Shown one piece after another: positions 38,292 through 39,297 of a DNA stretch of 39,297 nucleotides (position 1 is its first letter; the number at the start of each line of letters is the position of its first letter). Below the pieces are notes generated by a model. It had not been told where the DNA came from. It was given only the letters and a program-made list of their open reading frames with translations, and ran no database searches. The position numbers were made by a program, and so were the translations under genes. This stretch comes from Oligoflexales bacterium (GTDB lineage Bacteria > Bdellovibrionota_B > Oligoflexia > Oligoflexales > Bog-1112), in assembly GCA_045105515.1 (NCBI GenBank), contig JBGCDR010000449.1, positions 1 to 39,297 of the forward strand. Reading direction: 5' to 3'.

Positions 38292-39157
38292 TGCGATACC
38301 TCTCCTTCACTACTATTTATAGGAAGCGTAAAGCAAAAATTAGTATAAGATTGATTGACACTAGAGTCGCACCAGAGGTCACCACCAAGCTGCTTAATTA
38401 AGTCATAGCAAGACGGTAATCCATATCCATTGGTAGAGGATAAAGATTCTTTTCTGAAGAATAAGTTCTTTTGCAGCTCCGAAGGGATACCAATTCCCGT
38501 ATTTTTTACAGTGATGTATGCAAATTCATCTTCAATAATCCCAACAATACTAACTTTTTCTTCCCTACTCACATTTTCAAAAATGTTTTTGAGTAGGTTC
38601 CCAAAAATACGCTTTAAGACAATCTCATCAGCAATGTATAGTCTTATTGAAGGATCAATTTTAGTTTCTATATTCTTAAATTGATAGCAGGCTGCAAGAT
38701 TGTCTGCAAAATTTTCGATAAAATCGTCCAAGGGTATCTGTCTCGCGTTAGCAGGAGCAAGCATATCGTCTGACTTCAATATTGCATCAATCAGTTTCAG
38801 TGAATCTTCCGCTGATTTCAGTATAAAAGGCATAAAATTATTGAACTTTTCTATTTTTTCTGCTTCAGGAGCCTGAGATATCCTAGTAAGAGCAAGCTTT
38901 ATTGAGACCAGTGGAGCTTTTGTATCGTGAGCTAACTTGGCTGATAGGTCAAGTTGCGTCTTATATTTTTTGTATCCTATATAGCGGCTTACAAAACTAG
39001 CCATTTGATTGAAAATTTCAAGAATATTCTGTTTTTTCGGGTTATCAATCTGGTAATCAAAATGCCCATTCTTGAAATGCCAAAATCCCACTTGAACCTT
39101 CTCTGAAATTTCGTCCAAATTAAGCAAGCTACTATTGAGAACCCAAGTGCAGGCAAA
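38288..39157 (-). pseudogene. Histidine kinase, 5' part separated by the IS insertion
   Basis: LAHDTKAPL H-box, NLLKNI, NTGIG, GYGL. The predicted start at 39172 lies inside the 140-bp repeat. Confidence 0.72.
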
Positions 39158-39297
39158 AGAGTTGTCTAACAATTGATAAAACCCTTTGGTAGCTTAATTT
39201 ATGTTATTTTATAGTTCCAAAGACCTGCTGCTGCGTAACCTATTTCATCACGAAGCTTATCAATTCTGACTCTTAACTTTGAAGAAGCTGCGTTGAA
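39158..39297 (-). mobile_element. Right end of a second copy of the same IS, inverted orientation
   Basis: Exact reverse complement of 1-140; the transposase-like C-terminus lies at 39199-39297 on the minus strand. Confidence 0.75.

Noticed and set aside
1..39297. Linear plasmid, phage or Polinton-like element with terminal inverted repeats
   Set aside because: No replication, terminal-protein or virion genes. The content is chromosomal (purA, purB), and the repeat encodes a transposase-like tail and interrupts genes at both inner junctions.

Overview
A 39.3-kb AT-rich, gene-dense piece of a bacterial chromosome. Protein styles suggest Oligoflexia/Bdellovibrionota, which is an inference only. 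The first and last 140 bp are exact reverse complements and encode what looks like the C-terminus of a DDE transposase, so the window sits between two inverted copies of one IS, each interrupting a different gene. The left part holds fdhD, a 5'-truncated phoD remnant, an LRR protein, a di-heme cytochrome c peroxidase, an IorA/IorB-like molybdo-oxidoreductase, an M13 peptidase and a CLec/FGE-fold lipoprotein. The middle holds a bufferin-like MNIO RiPP cluster (6-Cys precursor, DUF692, DUF2063) behind yceI, an orphan family-5 solute-binding protein paired with a hybrid kinase, a 2OG-Fe(II) oxygenase, an OsmC-YcaO fusion and two more hybrid kinases. The right part holds divergent purB/purA, two more kinase genes and a methyltransferase-like/membrane fusion. 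The best candidate for an undescribed system is 26775-32681. It comprises a MotB/ZorB-like protein with a ~400-aa coiled coil, a 3-TM MotA/ExbB/ZorA-like partner and a convergent 1037-aa membrane-anchored coiled-coil protein with 29-aa repeats, and both transcription units carry sigma28-like promoter motifs. No rRNA, tRNA or CRISPR array was recognised. All product calls come from motif recognition by eye, not database searches.
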